A DNA stretch of 63,004 nt, counting the filler, from Octopus bimaculoides (lineage: Eukaryota), in the NCBI RefSeq assembly GCF_001194135.2. It is 5 parts of 5 records of this genome, joined end to end, with 100 filler letters (N's around TTAATTAATTAA, not from the genome) between each part and the next. Parts side by side here need not be neighbours in the genome. Positions count along the whole stretch, not along the records: positions 23,698 to 35,086 come from NC_068994.1; positions 35,187 to 60,170 come from NC_068986.1; 3 more parts are not named here. One strand, 5' to 3'. Of this stretch, positions 23,598-37,289 are shown one piece after another (positions within the stretch are counted from its first letter, which is position 1; each line of letters starts with the position of its first letter). Under the pieces are notes generated by a model. It was not told the DNA's origin, searched no databases, and saw only the letters and a list, made by a program, of their open reading frames with translations. The position numbers and the translations under genes were made by a program.

Positions 23598-24345
23598 NNN
23601 NNNNNNNNNNNNNNNNNNNNNNNNNNNNNNNNNNNNNNNNNTTAATTAATTAANNNNNNNNNNNNNNNNNNNNNNNNNNNNNNNNNNNNNNNNNNNNTTA
23701 AACGTTTTTTTTTTAATTTTACAAGTTACGAATAAATTAAAATATGATTAAAAATTGATTTAAAGATGAATTTTAAAATATTACACAAGAAATCATTGCG
23801 CTTCGCAATGAGGCAGCTAGAAGGAAGGCACCCTGGTAGAACTTTTGCTTCCCAAATTGACCTCACTTATTTGGTGCCAATCTCACTCAGCTTGCGTTCC
23901 ACAGACTTCCATCTTTTCGCAAACATATCCCGTGACAGGCACTTTCTCTCCAGCCTGATCTTACTACTGAGGTGGTAACTAAAAAAGTTAACCAACCCCT
24001 GGCCGGAGACAAAGGTACCTGTCACTATACCATGCGGGGAGGGCGAACATCTTTCCTAAAGTCATTCGCTAAAATTTTAACAATAAATTTTAACTTATTG
24101 TTAGTTTTGTAAATCTCTAAACCTATTTTGTTTTCAGATTCAATTTGGCTTCGAGGTGCTAGTTTACCTCCAGTCTCTTCACCTTCACCTGTGATGCTTC
24201 ACCAGTTCATATGGCTTCCTCTAGGGCCTTAACTAGTTCAATTTATTCCTATGCCCTCTAGCCACTAAACCTGCTCTATATCTAATAGACTCAAATTTAA
24301 TGGACTCAGATTTAATTTTATTTAATAAATAAACCTGAAATTAGC

Positions 24346-24857
24346 ATGAATGAATGTACAAATAATACTGTGGATCCCAGCATTAGAAGAACGGAAGCAA
24401 TCGGTATGCTGAATAATGCTAACAGTAGACCCCATAAAGGGCGCAAAAAGTGTAATTGTAGGGACCCTCTAAGATGTCCGATTAGCGGAAATTGTTGCCA
24501 GGATAATGTTATTTATAAATGTAGCGTTGAAACGCAAAATGGCCAGAGAAAAATATATATTGGTATTTCGATAGCAGAGGTACCGAAGCCACCTAAGTTC
24601 TTTTAACGATCCTAAATATAGGACATCTACGGCATCGGCATTATAAGTAAATGACCTTAAAGAAAGGAATATTACATTCAAATTATCCTTGCACACGCCC
24701 CTCCCCATATGGAATCGGATCCGCTAGATGCGGTTTGTGTACCAGGGAAGCATACTTTATATTGAAAAACTATAATCATGCTATGTTGAATAAATTTACT
24801 GATGCAATACCAGCTTATACACATAGAATCAATTCTATGTTCTTGAAGAAATTTTAA
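24346..24857 (+). pseudogene. Frameshifted Penelope-type Cys-linker + GIY-YIG endonuclease ORF
   Basis: CNCRDPLRCPISGNC..NVIYKC..KIYIG, then frameshifted QRYRSHLSSFND..YRTST and CGLCTREAYFI..MLNK, as in PLE endonuclease domains. Confidence 0.8.
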
Positions 24858-25729
24858 AATAAAAATAAAAATTAGAAATAATAATAATTAAAATATAATT
24901 AAAACATAATATAATAATTAAATAATTAAAAAATAACAATAGGTATAGTATAAGGTTGCAATAGTGTAATAGGTATGATTTGAACTTAGATAACTAATTT
25001 TTAAAAAAAAACATGGGAATAAAATTAAAGTGCAAATAATGGGTTAGTCTGGGTTGAACCTAGCACATGCCTTTACCATAGTCTTCTGATTAGATAATAT
25101 TAGATAACTATAAAGGTCGGTAATGTCTTAATTTTTTCAACTGGCTGGTATGTAATTGTACAATTGTTTTCTGTATTTGGTTTTTTTTCTTCTGTATTGT
25201 GTGAAAACATTCTGATGAGGGGAGTGTCAGTTNNNNNNNNNNNNNNNNNNNNNNNNNNNNNNNNNNNNNNNNNNNNNNNNNNNNNNNNNNNNNNNNNNNN
25301 NNNNNNNNNNNNNNNNNNNNNNNNNNNNNNNNNNNNNNNNNNNNNNNNNNNNNNNNNNNNNNNNNNNNNNNNNNNNNNNNNNNNNNNNNNNNNNNNNNNN
25401 NNNNNNNNNNNNNNNNNNNNNNNNNNNNNNNNNNNNNNNNNNNNNNNNNNNNNNNNNNNNNNNNNNNNNNNNNNNNNNNNNNNNNNNNNNNNNNNNNNNN
25501 NNNNNNNNNNNNNNNNNNNNNNNNNNNNNNNNNNNNNNNNNNNNNNNNNNNNNNNNNNNNNNNNNNNNNNNNNNNNNNNNNNNNNNNNNNNNNNNNNNNN
25601 NNNNNNNNNNNNNNNNNNNNNNNNNNNNNNNNNNNNNNNNNNNNNNNNNNNNNNNNNNCATTTTAAATTTGCTTTTTTCATTTTCTTTTTTTTTTCTTCG
25701 TTTTATTTGCTTTTTTCTTTTTAAATTTG

Positions 25730-26003
25730 CTGTTTTACCCTAACCCTAACCCTATCACCGATAGAATTGTTTCAGAATCGTTTGTTTATGTAGTCGGCAC
25801 TTAATGTATATCGGCTGAATGGACGTCAGTGATTGGTTGAAATTACAGAAATACGACAACTTTAACATGGAATAACTTAGGGATTTCTCTTTTTTTAAGA
25901 AGACTAAGAGAAAAAGATGTTTTATATGACACATTCTACCAGTGTTCCAAGTTTCAAAGTGTTTCGTTAATGAAAGATGTGGCCCCCGTTTTAAAAAAGA
26001 TCC
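25730..26003 (+). mobile_element. Unclassified TIR family X end with (CCCTAA)3
   Basis: Homologous to reverse complement of 31562-31750 (GACGTCAGTGATTGGTTGAAATTAC..TATGACACATTCTACCAGTG); ends AAAGATCC. Confidence 0.75.
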
Positions 26004-26262
26004 CGTCCTTTTAATGTTTTATCATCTCAATTTTTTATTACACCTATGTATTATAACTTTTAAATCTAAGATTCACTGTGTTTTATGTATCACATCGATA
26101 TTTATCTATTTATATGTATTTTTATATTTATATATTTGGAGTTTTTATATCCGTTTTATAAATGTAGAAGAATATATGTATATATTTGATGTTGAGTGTG
26201 GTTATTAATTATGTTCCTCTAGTTTCCGCTTGCACTGCCTGCTTCTATTGAGATTATTAAGC

Positions 26263-26311
<49 letters not shown>

Positions 26312-26386
26312 TTATGTCACTATGTAGTATATGTATACATATAAATATATATAATATATACATACATACATACATACACACACTCA

Positions 26387-27420
26387 TACAGGGTATCCCA
26401 AAAAGATTTACTCGTTGATATTTCTTGATTATTCAAAATAAATTTAAGGTAAGATAATGAAATTTGGCACACACATTCTAATTTAAATTATCCATCTATT
26501 GCAGTAATTACATTTCAAAATGACCGCATTTGCCTTGATCATAGCCTGTAAATCTAGTAGTCGCTGTATGGCATGAGCGCCGTACCACCTCTTCATTGAA
26601 CCTGACCCGTGATCATCAGATCTGACACATTTGAATAGGAGTGAGCAGAAACATTACTCTCTAAGATGGATCAGATAGCAAAGTCCATGGGATTGATGTC
26701 TGGACTTGAGGGAGGACATATAGTCTTGTCCCGAAAACCGCTGAAATGTTCTTTGTACCACTTCTGTGTCAAACTGGATGTGTGGGCCGAAGGCCCGTCT
26801 TTAGTGAAGATGTAACGGTCACCAAATGTTTCTGTGACCTAGCGTAATACTTTCTCGCCAACATTTTCACATAAACTTCACTGTTGACCTAAACGCCAGC
26901 ATGGATGAAGATCAAGGAAGACTTAAGCCCAGCAGATGCAACTTCGGCCCACACCATAAGTGAAACTGGCCTCTGACCATAAATGACTCCTGCCATCTTC
27001 GAGCAAGTCTCCTGCATAACGTGTATAAAGCCTAACATTCTGACTGTTGGTAAGTGCCTCAACAGTAAAGATGTTCTCGTCGGACCAGATCAACACTTTA
27101 TTAGCAGCACGCTTCATCTCAGCTAACATGGCTTTACCCCTGTCGAGTCGTTTCTTCTTGGGAGTTGCTGAAATTAACTGCCGGAATTGTTACTCGTATG
27201 GCTTTAAATCCTCTATAAAAATCTTGTGCATTGACAATTTCGAAATATCAAGAGCTTTTAAAGTTTTTCTAGCACACCTGCTGGGATTTCGGCTCATTTC
27301 CTATTTCACAGCTTCAACAGTTTGTTTGGCATGAATTGATCGATTCCTACCAGGAATTAGCTTGCTAGAGGTAGTAACGAACTCCATATATCGTTAAGTG
27401 GACGATATTTTGAAAACAAA
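26387..27420 (-). mobile_element. Degenerate Tc1/mariner, DD37D (maT-like) transposase
   Basis: WSDENIFTVEA..; FTKDGPSAHT..PPSSPDINPMD with 37 residues between the Asp residues; TA-CAGGGT terminus; other TIR not seen. Confidence 0.8.
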
Positions 27421-27956
27421 GGTGTTTAATATTTAATTTCATATAGATATTTATATGCGTGTGTACTTGGTGCGTGCATGCGTCCGTGCGTGTGCGTGTG
27501 TGTGTGTCCGTGCGCGTGCGTGCGTGCGTGTGTATGAAACTGATAAACTAAATACAGTTGACGATAAAAATTCGCAGTTTTATCTTTATTAAAATACCAG
27601 CATCTTTCAGAGCAAAATCTTTGAAGGCTGTTTGCATGCCTCTGACTATCTCTCACTCCAACTCCTTCTTGTTTTACTCCTCATTTCCCTCAAGCCACAC
27701 ATTTCCTTTTATTATATGTACTAGCATAACCGTGTCGTCAAAAATGCCGACAGTTTTATTAATGATAGAAAATAGCACATAAACACAATAGTAAATGTCA
27801 GCAATCTAATTAACATACACAGAATAGAAGCACTTGAAAAACTTGAAGAATCAGAAACGATTGCATAATCTTGGTTTGAAAATAACACCCACGTAATCTA
27901 TGTGTGTGTATATACACATAAACACACAAATACACACACATATATCTGTACATATA

Positions 27957-28695
<739 letters not shown>

Positions 28696-28990
28696 NNNNN
28701 NNNNNNNNNNNNNNNNNNNNNNNNNNNNNNNNNNNNNNNNNNNNNNNNNNNNNNNNNNNNNNNNNNNNNNNNNNNAGAGTGTGATGTGCTGAAAAAAGAG
28801 AGAACAGTACTTGAAGTGTAGTTTCATTCCAGTGGTAAATATCCGTGTAGAAATCCGTGCAAAGTAATCCTTGTGTGAATAATCCGGAAATCTATGTTGG
28901 AACGAAAGTTGATATAGCATAGATAGCAGAGGTATTTATATTCCATATTGCGATGGATTTTTGCTTGTTTACTTGAAGAATGTCCAAGTC

Positions 28991-29028
<38 letters not shown>

Positions 29029-29057
29029 GTGCATACACACACATATGCGCACATGTA

Positions 29058-29905
29058 TACGAGGGGCAGACAAAAGAAACCGGAATTTTGCAATGTTAGT
29101 TTATTCACTTAGTTTTGCATATTTACACTTTTATTGCCTTCAAAGTATTTTCCATTTGAAGCAATACATCGGTCCAGACGCGTTTTCCACTGTTTGAAGC
29201 AGTGCAAAGTGATGATTTTGAACGCCTCCGTCGTTTTTTTTTTTCTTAACCTCTTCCACATCTGCAAATTCCGTGGCATCAGCTTTCATCACCTTCGATA
29301 AAGGGTCCGGTTACATTAACAGCTGTTCTTTCAGTTCACGACTACTTTTGATCTGTAAACAAGCGAAGCACAAATTTTGCTAGATTTCCTTTTACTCAAA
29401 ATTCGTTGGCAGGAACTCCAGGACATACCATTCATATCAACAAGTTCGTCAATTGTTTAGTGATGGTCCTCCAAGATCAGTTCATGAATTTTCATGATGT
29501 TTTCATTCGTTCGAGATGTCGACAGTCGCCCTGAATGAGGTTGGTCTTCAAGCGACAAGTGACCATTCCTAAAGCGTGGAAACCACTTGTAAACTATTGT
29601 TTTGGTCATGGCAGCGTCTTTGTAAGCCGTTTGAAGCATGACAACTGTTTCGGCCGCCACTTTGCCCAGCAGAATTTCACGGAAATACGCTGTTCCTTCG
29701 TTTCAGCCATCTCAAAAATCGACGAACAGGGAGAAGCACTGAAAAACAAAGACGCAAACGTGTCAGTACGACTCCATACGACAACGCCGGTCGGCAGACT
29801 GATGCCTGGAGGTTGCATAAAGTGGCTTCTAGCGGCGAAAGCCCGAACTACAACGGGCTTGTCCTACAGAGAACGTTTACGGTTACTTTTGGATACCAAC
29901 TTGTA
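29058..29905 (-). mobile_element. Internally deleted mariner
   Basis: TA-flanked imperfect TIRs; MAETKEQRISVKFC..VYKWFPRFRNGHLSLEDQPHSGR HTH region; C-terminal WKTRLDRCIASNGKYFE. Confidence 0.85.
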
Positions 29906-30013
29906 TATATAAATGTGAAACAAGGTTGGAAAAAATAGTACTCGAATACCGAAGGTAGAGTAATATGCTTTATTCTTAAAGCTGCAAAAACATCCCAAAA
30001 TATCACAAAAAAA

Positions 30014-30055
30014 CTACTACTCAGAGTTTCACGTTCTGGTTCGTCGGGCAAGTAG
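30014..30055 (-). ncRNA. Degenerate minimal hammerhead-like motif, CCGACGA core
   Basis: UUGC-CCGACGA-AC..GU-GAAACUCUGAGUA-GUAG; lies in repeat 29906-30060, whose first part is also at 3470-3541. Confidence 0.4.
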
Positions 30056-31189
30056 GATCCAGAAAAGAACAAGAATTAAAGTTGTACGTATAATATATTA
30101 TGATGCAATTCACATTGACAGATACACATTTGAGCTTGATTGGTCGTTTCGGCGACCGGTTTTTAAAAAAAGCAGTGATATGAATAATAAGATAAAATAA
30201 TTAAAAGGCATAATCATCGTGTTGTACAAAATCGAAGAAAACCTTAGATCAAAAAGAAATTTTTAGTTTAAAAAAAACATAGCTCCACAGAGTATAAGAA
30301 TTGAGGATAGTTGAAATATGTTTGTCACATATATCAACAGCTAAAAGGCAAATACATTGCAGTTACCGTGGAGGAAAATATCTCTCTTATGGTAAAAAGG
30401 TGTGAAAACACCCGGTTCGTTCAGTATCGCCGTTTACTAGGAATCCTAGACATCGATGTTTCGAGTTTTTTACTCCTTTTTGTATACCTGGAGAACATTA
30501 ATTAATGGCAAATAAGTTTAATTGATATAAATGTAAGTCTGTTTAAAAAAATATTCACTTACAGAAATCTATATGCATAAATACATAGACACACATAGAC
30601 ACACATTGTAATATAAACTATTACAACAATTTTATTTTCTAACTTTCATTCTCTGTCGTTTGATACCATCAGTTACATCGCTTATGTGCTTTTGCGTGTT
30701 TGTGTACTTGCGTGTTTGTGTACTTGCGTGTGTGCGTACCTGTGGGTGTGTATGTGTGTGTGTGTGTGTGTGCGTGTGTGTGGGAACTTCCATCATCACT
30801 TAGAGTATTTTGTTTTCAAATTTTTGTTGTTTATTTGGAAACGACAAAAATTTGCAGTTTTATTTTTCTCAAAATACCTACTGCTCCGACAGTTGAGATA
30901 CTGCCCACTCATACATTTTATGTTTTTATACTTCCCATTTCCCCGACTCACTCCATTCCCTTTGTCGTCTTCCTTTCCTTCAACCTACTTGACTGAAGTG
31001 AAACACTGCTTTTTATTGTAAGCTATGTACCTCTATGTGTGTGCCTCTATGAGCGTGCATTTATAAGCAGCAATGTAGAAGGCAAAATATGAATTGAACA
31101 GAATGCAGTGAGTATCTATAACAGATAAACGAAAGTTTTCAGGATAGAATAGAAAGCGAAAATAAAACATTAAAAAAAAAACTGTAAAC

Positions 31190-31561
31190 AGATGGTTCAA
31201 TGTTACAACCATAATGGGAAAGTTATGCTGCTTCAACTACAGCCTTATCCCGAAGAACTGAAATTTTTTTTATGAAAAGAATGCAGAATTGATGTCTTTC
31301 TGTAAAAGTATTAGGAACTACAATTGTGCCTGTTCCTTTACCTTATGTGGGGCAAAAGTAAGTGCGTCTGGAGAACAGGGGACTCATTGCCCATAGTTCA
31401 GAGACAAATTTATCATACAATTTTTACTCTTCACCCTGAAAACCAAATACCACAGTACGGTCAACAAGCTCTACAAAATTTTCGGTGTTTGGCTAACATA
31501 ATGGATATCATCCAAAATGTTATTCATCGTTATAATCCTTATGTTCAGTTATATAAAAACA
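31190..31561 (+). mobile_element. Helitron Rep N-terminal remnant
   Basis: Frameshifted NGKVML..PYPEEL, FCKSIRNYNCA, RQIYHTIFTLHP..PQYGQ, HRYNPYVQLYK. Confidence 0.75.
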
Positions 31562-31952
31562 GGATCTTTCTGATTTGGCGGGTGTCACTTGTTTTCTTAA
31601 CGAAACACTTTCAAACTTGGGACACTGGTAGAATGTGTCATATAAAACATCTTTTACTCTTAGTGTTATTGAGAAAATTTTATCTTTTTAAAGTTATTTC
31701 GTGTTAAAATTGTCGTATTTCGGTAATTTCAACCAATCACTGACGTCTATTGAGGTGAAAACAATTACTGCTGTGAAATGTCAACAAAACGTTGTGCGGT
31801 GTAATGGGATCTTTCCCTTGAATAAAATTAGTGCCGTTGTTTGTCAACAACAACTATCGACGGTACTGTTATTTATGACATGGTTCGTGCGTTTGTACTG
31901 GTTTTAGCTTTAGGGTTTTAGGGTTAGAGTTAGGGTTATGAGTATTTTTGCC
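31562..31952 (-). mobile_element. TIR family X end with TTAGGG-like array, truncated by gap
   Basis: 31-bp TIR GGATCTTTCTGATTTGGCGGGTGTCACTTGT; TAGGGTTTTAGGGTTAGAGTTAGGGTTA at ~31911-31938. Confidence 0.75.
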
Positions 31953-33609
31953 NNNNNNNNNNNNNNNNNNNNNNNNNNNNNNNNNNNNNNNNNNNNNNNN
32001 NNNNNNNNNNNNNNNNNNNNNNNNNNNNNNNNNNNNNNNNNNNNNNNNNNNNNNNNNNNNNNNNNNNNNNNNNNNNNNNNNNNNNNNNNNNNNNNNNNNN
32101 NNNNNNNNNNNNNNNNNNNNNNNNNNNNNNNNNNNNNNNNNNNNNNNNNNNNNNNNNNNNNNNNNNNNNNNNNNNNNNNNNNNNNNNNNNNNNNNNNNNN
32201 NNNNNNNNNNNNNNNNNNNNNNNNNNNNNNNNNNNNNNNNNNNNNNNNNNNNNNNNNNNNNNNNNNNNNNNNNNNNNNNNNNNNNNNNNNNNNNNNNNNN
32301 NNNNNNNNNNNNNNNNNNNNNNNNNNNNGATACAAATGGTAAGACAGCAAAAGAAAGAAAGAGACCTCGATTTTTGTAAATAGAGGAATTTATCTGTAAA
32401 TATAATATGTGACAATTATTCGGTATCCATGATAAAACTCCGAGTTTCGGATGTCGGGGTGGAAACCCACGCCAGCATCTCTTCAGTTATCGGGCCACCC
32501 AAAAAATGCTATGAAAATGACCGTTAAACAAAGAGAAATTACTGTGTGATTGACCGTTATTAAGACAAAAGAGATATTAGAATGACCGCTAAGTAAGGGA
32601 AGAGAGTAAAAATGTTCATAGCAATCGCGTAAGCGCGCATGTCCATACATACACATGTGCGCCCATGCGTGCATCCGTCTTTCTCTCTCCTACCTGTCAA
32701 TGAAGCTTTCTATCCACGTTGTCGGATTGAAAATATAGAAATGGTTGCACATTAAAACCTATAACAACAACTTCTATTTTTATTGTCTGTCACAATATTC
32801 TACAATACTATGTTTAAAATCACGTAACTGTTTTCCTCCTCCCGTGTTCCTTTCCGTCAATACATACACATTCTCTCTCTCTTTGCCTCTCGCTTTATTT
32901 ATACCACATGCCCCCTCTTTCCATTTTCTACCACTTTCTTCAATTATCTAACCACACAATATAATAGCAATACTTTTCTCTTGTTTCTCAGTGCTGACGC
33001 TCTTTTTCTCTCTTTTTGCCTCTCCCTTTTGAACTAAGCTCATATTCGGTCTTAGCGTAATAATTATTACTTCCCCCCACTACATCACGTCGATAGCACT
33101 TTTGTCTTTCCCTTTCTACTCTCGCTCTTCGCCTCTCCCTTCAACTATTCACGTGAGAGCGCAACGCATTCGAGCTTAGTGTATTAATGTATAGATTCTT
33201 ACTCTCCACTAATGTCCAATTCGCACATGTTTACATTATTTATGATATTCTATTATGATGTGACTAACCACGTTTACAAATCTCAGTAAGCTGTAACTGG
33301 TACCATGATAGTCTCACAGTCACGGGCAACTAAGGCAATTAATAACTTTTACATATTTTTGTGCACATTATGTTTTGAAGTAATTTATCATTCATGGTTG
33401 GACAAATAAGGGAAAATAACTATTTTTTAAAATACACGTTATTTTATTTACATTTAAATAAACATTGGCATGCAATTTATATAATGAATAGGATTTGCAA
33501 AAGTAATAAATCAATAAAGGCCAATAATTAATAACCTTGTAATCATTTTACTGTTGTACCAGTGTAATTATTACGTCATTGTATCATTTGAATCATGAAA
33601 CCATAAATA

Positions 33610-34965
33610 TAATACTTCCTTATATACAACGTTTTTGTTGATAGCTTTGCTTTCCTTGCCTGTTAGTATTCACTACCTGGTCCTAGAAAATGCCACATGT
33701 AACTGTCTATGATTAAATATTGGTTAGAGTAAGTAAATTTCTATCTTATTGAATGCTTGACCTTGTACCATATTAATTGTCATTGAATAAATTAATCTAG
33801 TAATCTAGTAACTGAGTTCTTTGTAATGTAAAAGATAAATTCGATTCACTGTGTGTCAGTTTAGCTCGAGGTATCAATGCTTGCCTACTGGTCAAAGTCT
33901 CACCTAATAGCAAGCCTTAAATGCAACTACAATGTAAGTGAACAATTTCTAGTCTAGTTCCATTACAAAGCCCTTGCTGAATTGATATACTACGTAGTAA
34001 CATTACAAATGATCCTACCTTTAAATTCAGTCTTTGTGGTGGTATTCCAGATGGAGTAAATGAACTAAGTATTTCTATTGTGTAGTGTTCATTATCTGCC
34101 CGATTATCACTAACGATTTGATCTATACTAAAATATGTTTGAACATTTCCTGGCAGTAGTTCTAAAATATCTTCGTTTAATGAAAGACACTCAGAGTTCT
34201 TTGGAGAAAGTATTACCCGTGATCATCTTTCTTCTGGAGTTGCTTCACTAACAATAGAGTTTATTAAAGAAATTTTAATACATAAAGAAAATGTTACTTT
34301 GACATTATCTGATGTTAATCCTGATATAGTCGGAGTGGTTTCATTTCTAAGTTGAAGTAACCAGTTTGCAAAGACCCTCTGTTCTTTTGTAGCTCTCATA
34401 TTTTGAGTTGGGAAATTTTTTCTAAAATACTGCCAGAGAAACAATTGCTTGAGATATATATCAATGATATCAGATTTTGTTGCTAGTTCAAAACTGCTTT
34501 CTTTTTCTGCATTGAGAAGGTAGATTATCCCTCTGTACTGTTCAACACGAAGCTGAGACTCATTGTCCTAATAAATTGTAAACGGCATCCCTCCAGCCTC
34601 ACATAAGTATTCTACTAAATATTGCTGAAAAGGTTTTCCTGCTTTATGTATAATATTAAAATCATGCCTAACTGCCAATCGAAAATTATAAAATTGTTGC
34701 GTGGTGATCCTGGAACGAATACGTGTCCTGTAAGTTTTATAGCGCTGGATTTCATTGTGCCACCCAAATTCACCACGGGGGAACAGAAGTGGACAACACA
34801 TTGGATCTAAATGGCATGACAGATAAGAAATTTTATGGGGAGGCACATTTCCAGGATAAATTATAATATCCATATTCTCAGGAGGACCTCCATTTTCACC
34901 AAAAACCCTGCAGCGATTTCATTACTGTTTGGAAAAGCATACTGCTTAATGAAGCTCACCTGAAA
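33610..34965 (-). mobile_element. Helitron RepHel remnant (Rep middle fused by internal deletion to PIF1 helicase C-terminal half)
   Basis: NEIAA..GENGGPP..DIIIYP..LDPMCCPLLFPRGEFGWH..FQQYLV; TQNMRA..FANWLLQL; PSGIPP..LKVG..LCNGTRL; MTINMVQGQ..HRQLHVAFSR; NKNVVYKEVL. Confidence 0.9.
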
Positions 34966-35071
34966 TGAAGTTCGGCTTAACGAATAGGAACGTTATTTTG
35001 GAATGCACGCGCTTCTTCTAATTCCGCTGAATACATGAATACAAGTGGCGCCCGCCAAATCAGAAAGATCC
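34966..35071 (+). mobile_element. TIR family X, opposite end (short stub)
   Basis: 35041-35071 is the reverse complement of 31562-31592 with 2 mismatches. Confidence 0.75.
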
Positions 35072-37289
35072 ATATATACATATATANNNNNNNNNNNNNN
35101 NNNNNNNNNNNNNNNNNNNNNNNNNNNNNNTTAATTAATTAANNNNNNNNNNNNNNNNNNNNNNNNNNNNNNNNNNNNNNNNNNNNATATATTTACATGC
35201 TTGTGTGTGTTTGTCCCCCATCACTGGGCTCAACGGTCTGACATGTTTGAAGAGTTCTAGCTGTCGACCAACACAGTGAAGCTTTCTTTTTTCTTTTCTT
35301 TTTGTTTTTTGTTTCAAAATATAGCAAGATCTCGATTGATCAAAAGCCTCCTGTCATAACCAACCTATCATTATTTCGTATTTTCAGTGATAGTATACTC
35401 AAGGGTACATTATTCAATATAGTCTGATCGACAATGCACAATGGCTTCTTTTTTTAAAAAAAAACAGTCTGAGGAAGATTTGACTGTCATTTCTAGCATA
35501 CTGAGTGACTTCATGGAATCTTCATTGTTATTTAACTAACTTGGAGTATATTTCTTAACGATTCTCTTCGGATCTGTTTTCTTACAAAATTTAACCGTTA
35601 GAGATTTAAACCTCAAAAGGTTATCTTAAATAAGCTTATCTATTAATTTACAACATTGCCTTGATTCTTGAGCTTCAAGCGGAATGATAACATAAATGTG
35701 GCTTAATATAATTCCAAAATGCATCCCACAAACCTTTGAATAAATTATCTTGTAGTTATAATTACTTTCGGTTCGTTGACACTGTACTGTCAATTTTATA
35801 TTAACACATTCCTAATCCATTCTTAATGCAGTTATTTAACAATGAGCCTTCTACCGAAGTTCTCTTTTTATTATTTCCATAACATATCCGAATCAAAGTA
35901 TGTTAAGCTAAATGCTTAAAATAGGAAATAAATTGAAATTATGGACCCGTGAATCAAGTTAATATACATTTGATTCTATTCTCTGTCTGCTTTTGTAAGG
36001 ATTTCTTACATTCGTGTAATGGATAGCGATATCATATTTAGCGCAATCGTTATAATGTACGAGGGTTGCTGTTGTTGTTGTTGTTGTTGTTTAGCCCCTG
36101 GTGAGGCCTTGCTCAAACAAACGATCAATGGTGTATGACTTTCATGTCGTGGCCATTTTTTTTCAGACAAAGTATAATCATATGAACATTATCCATTATA
36201 TGTAATTTGAAGTAGATTTATCTGTTATTTCTAATGGCTTGAGCAATCATGCAGAGGTTCCACCTTTACTTCGAACACAACGAGTATAATGTATGATCGT
36301 TACTTAATATGCTTCAATGGCTCGTGGGAATGGTAATTTCCTCAAGTATTTCCTTTCAATAATCGTCCAGTTGTAGTTAATATCTAAACCCGTCAAACTT
36401 GATATTAAATTCTCAAACCACTCTTATTGACATGTAAGAAAGAATTGTGATAACGTTCGTATCACTCTACATGCTAACCGATTATCAGATCATATAATTC
36501 GTTACATTATATAATTACAAACTCCTACACTAATTACATTTCATCCTAATCAAAAAGACCATATCACATTTTACAAATGTCCCATCAGTTCACAACATAT
36601 CACGTAATAATTATTTATTATATAAGCATAATTCACTACATTTCAAGGAAAGGGCAAGAAGTATCCACCCCACTTTTGATACAATGCACCCTGTTGGTCT
36701 TGGTTATATAAAAGTAATATTTTTACTATAGAAAACTATTCGTAGTCAGACGAATGGAGGAGGGGGGGGCATTCCATAGTCACTCAGTATGCTATAAATA
36801 GCAACAAAATCTACTTCAAATATCACCCCCACATTCTCGAGTCAATAAATTGGTCTCTACATAGCTAAATCCATCTCAAATAAAATCTACCATTTCAGGC
36901 CAAAGAAAGAGTTCCCATATGGTGGCCTCACCTGCAATATATAATAGCCAAGTTTGCTTCTCCCAGACTAGACTCTACTGTCTCGAGTGAGTCAATGTGA
37001 GATTTGCTATACATTCACTCAGCGTGTTTGAAATAACAAACAAATTTACTCCTAAATCTAAGAAGTATTTCCAGTACAGTCGCTTCACCTACTAGAAATA
37101 GCACCCAAATTCACATTAAGCTACACATTACAGTTTCGTGGTATCATTAGACTTCATCACAAACCAATGGAAAAGTGTCTAGAAATCGAAACCGAATCGC
37201 CTGCAAATCATATCTTACTGGCTTGAACCAACGCTAGAGCTTCTACACGATCGCTTATCTTGTTATAAATAATCCTTTCTACTATAAGT

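Noticed and set aside
31911-31938. TTAGGG-like repeats as a telomere or chromosome fusion site
   Set aside because: Only 3-4 degenerate units, embedded at a fixed position in repeat family X.
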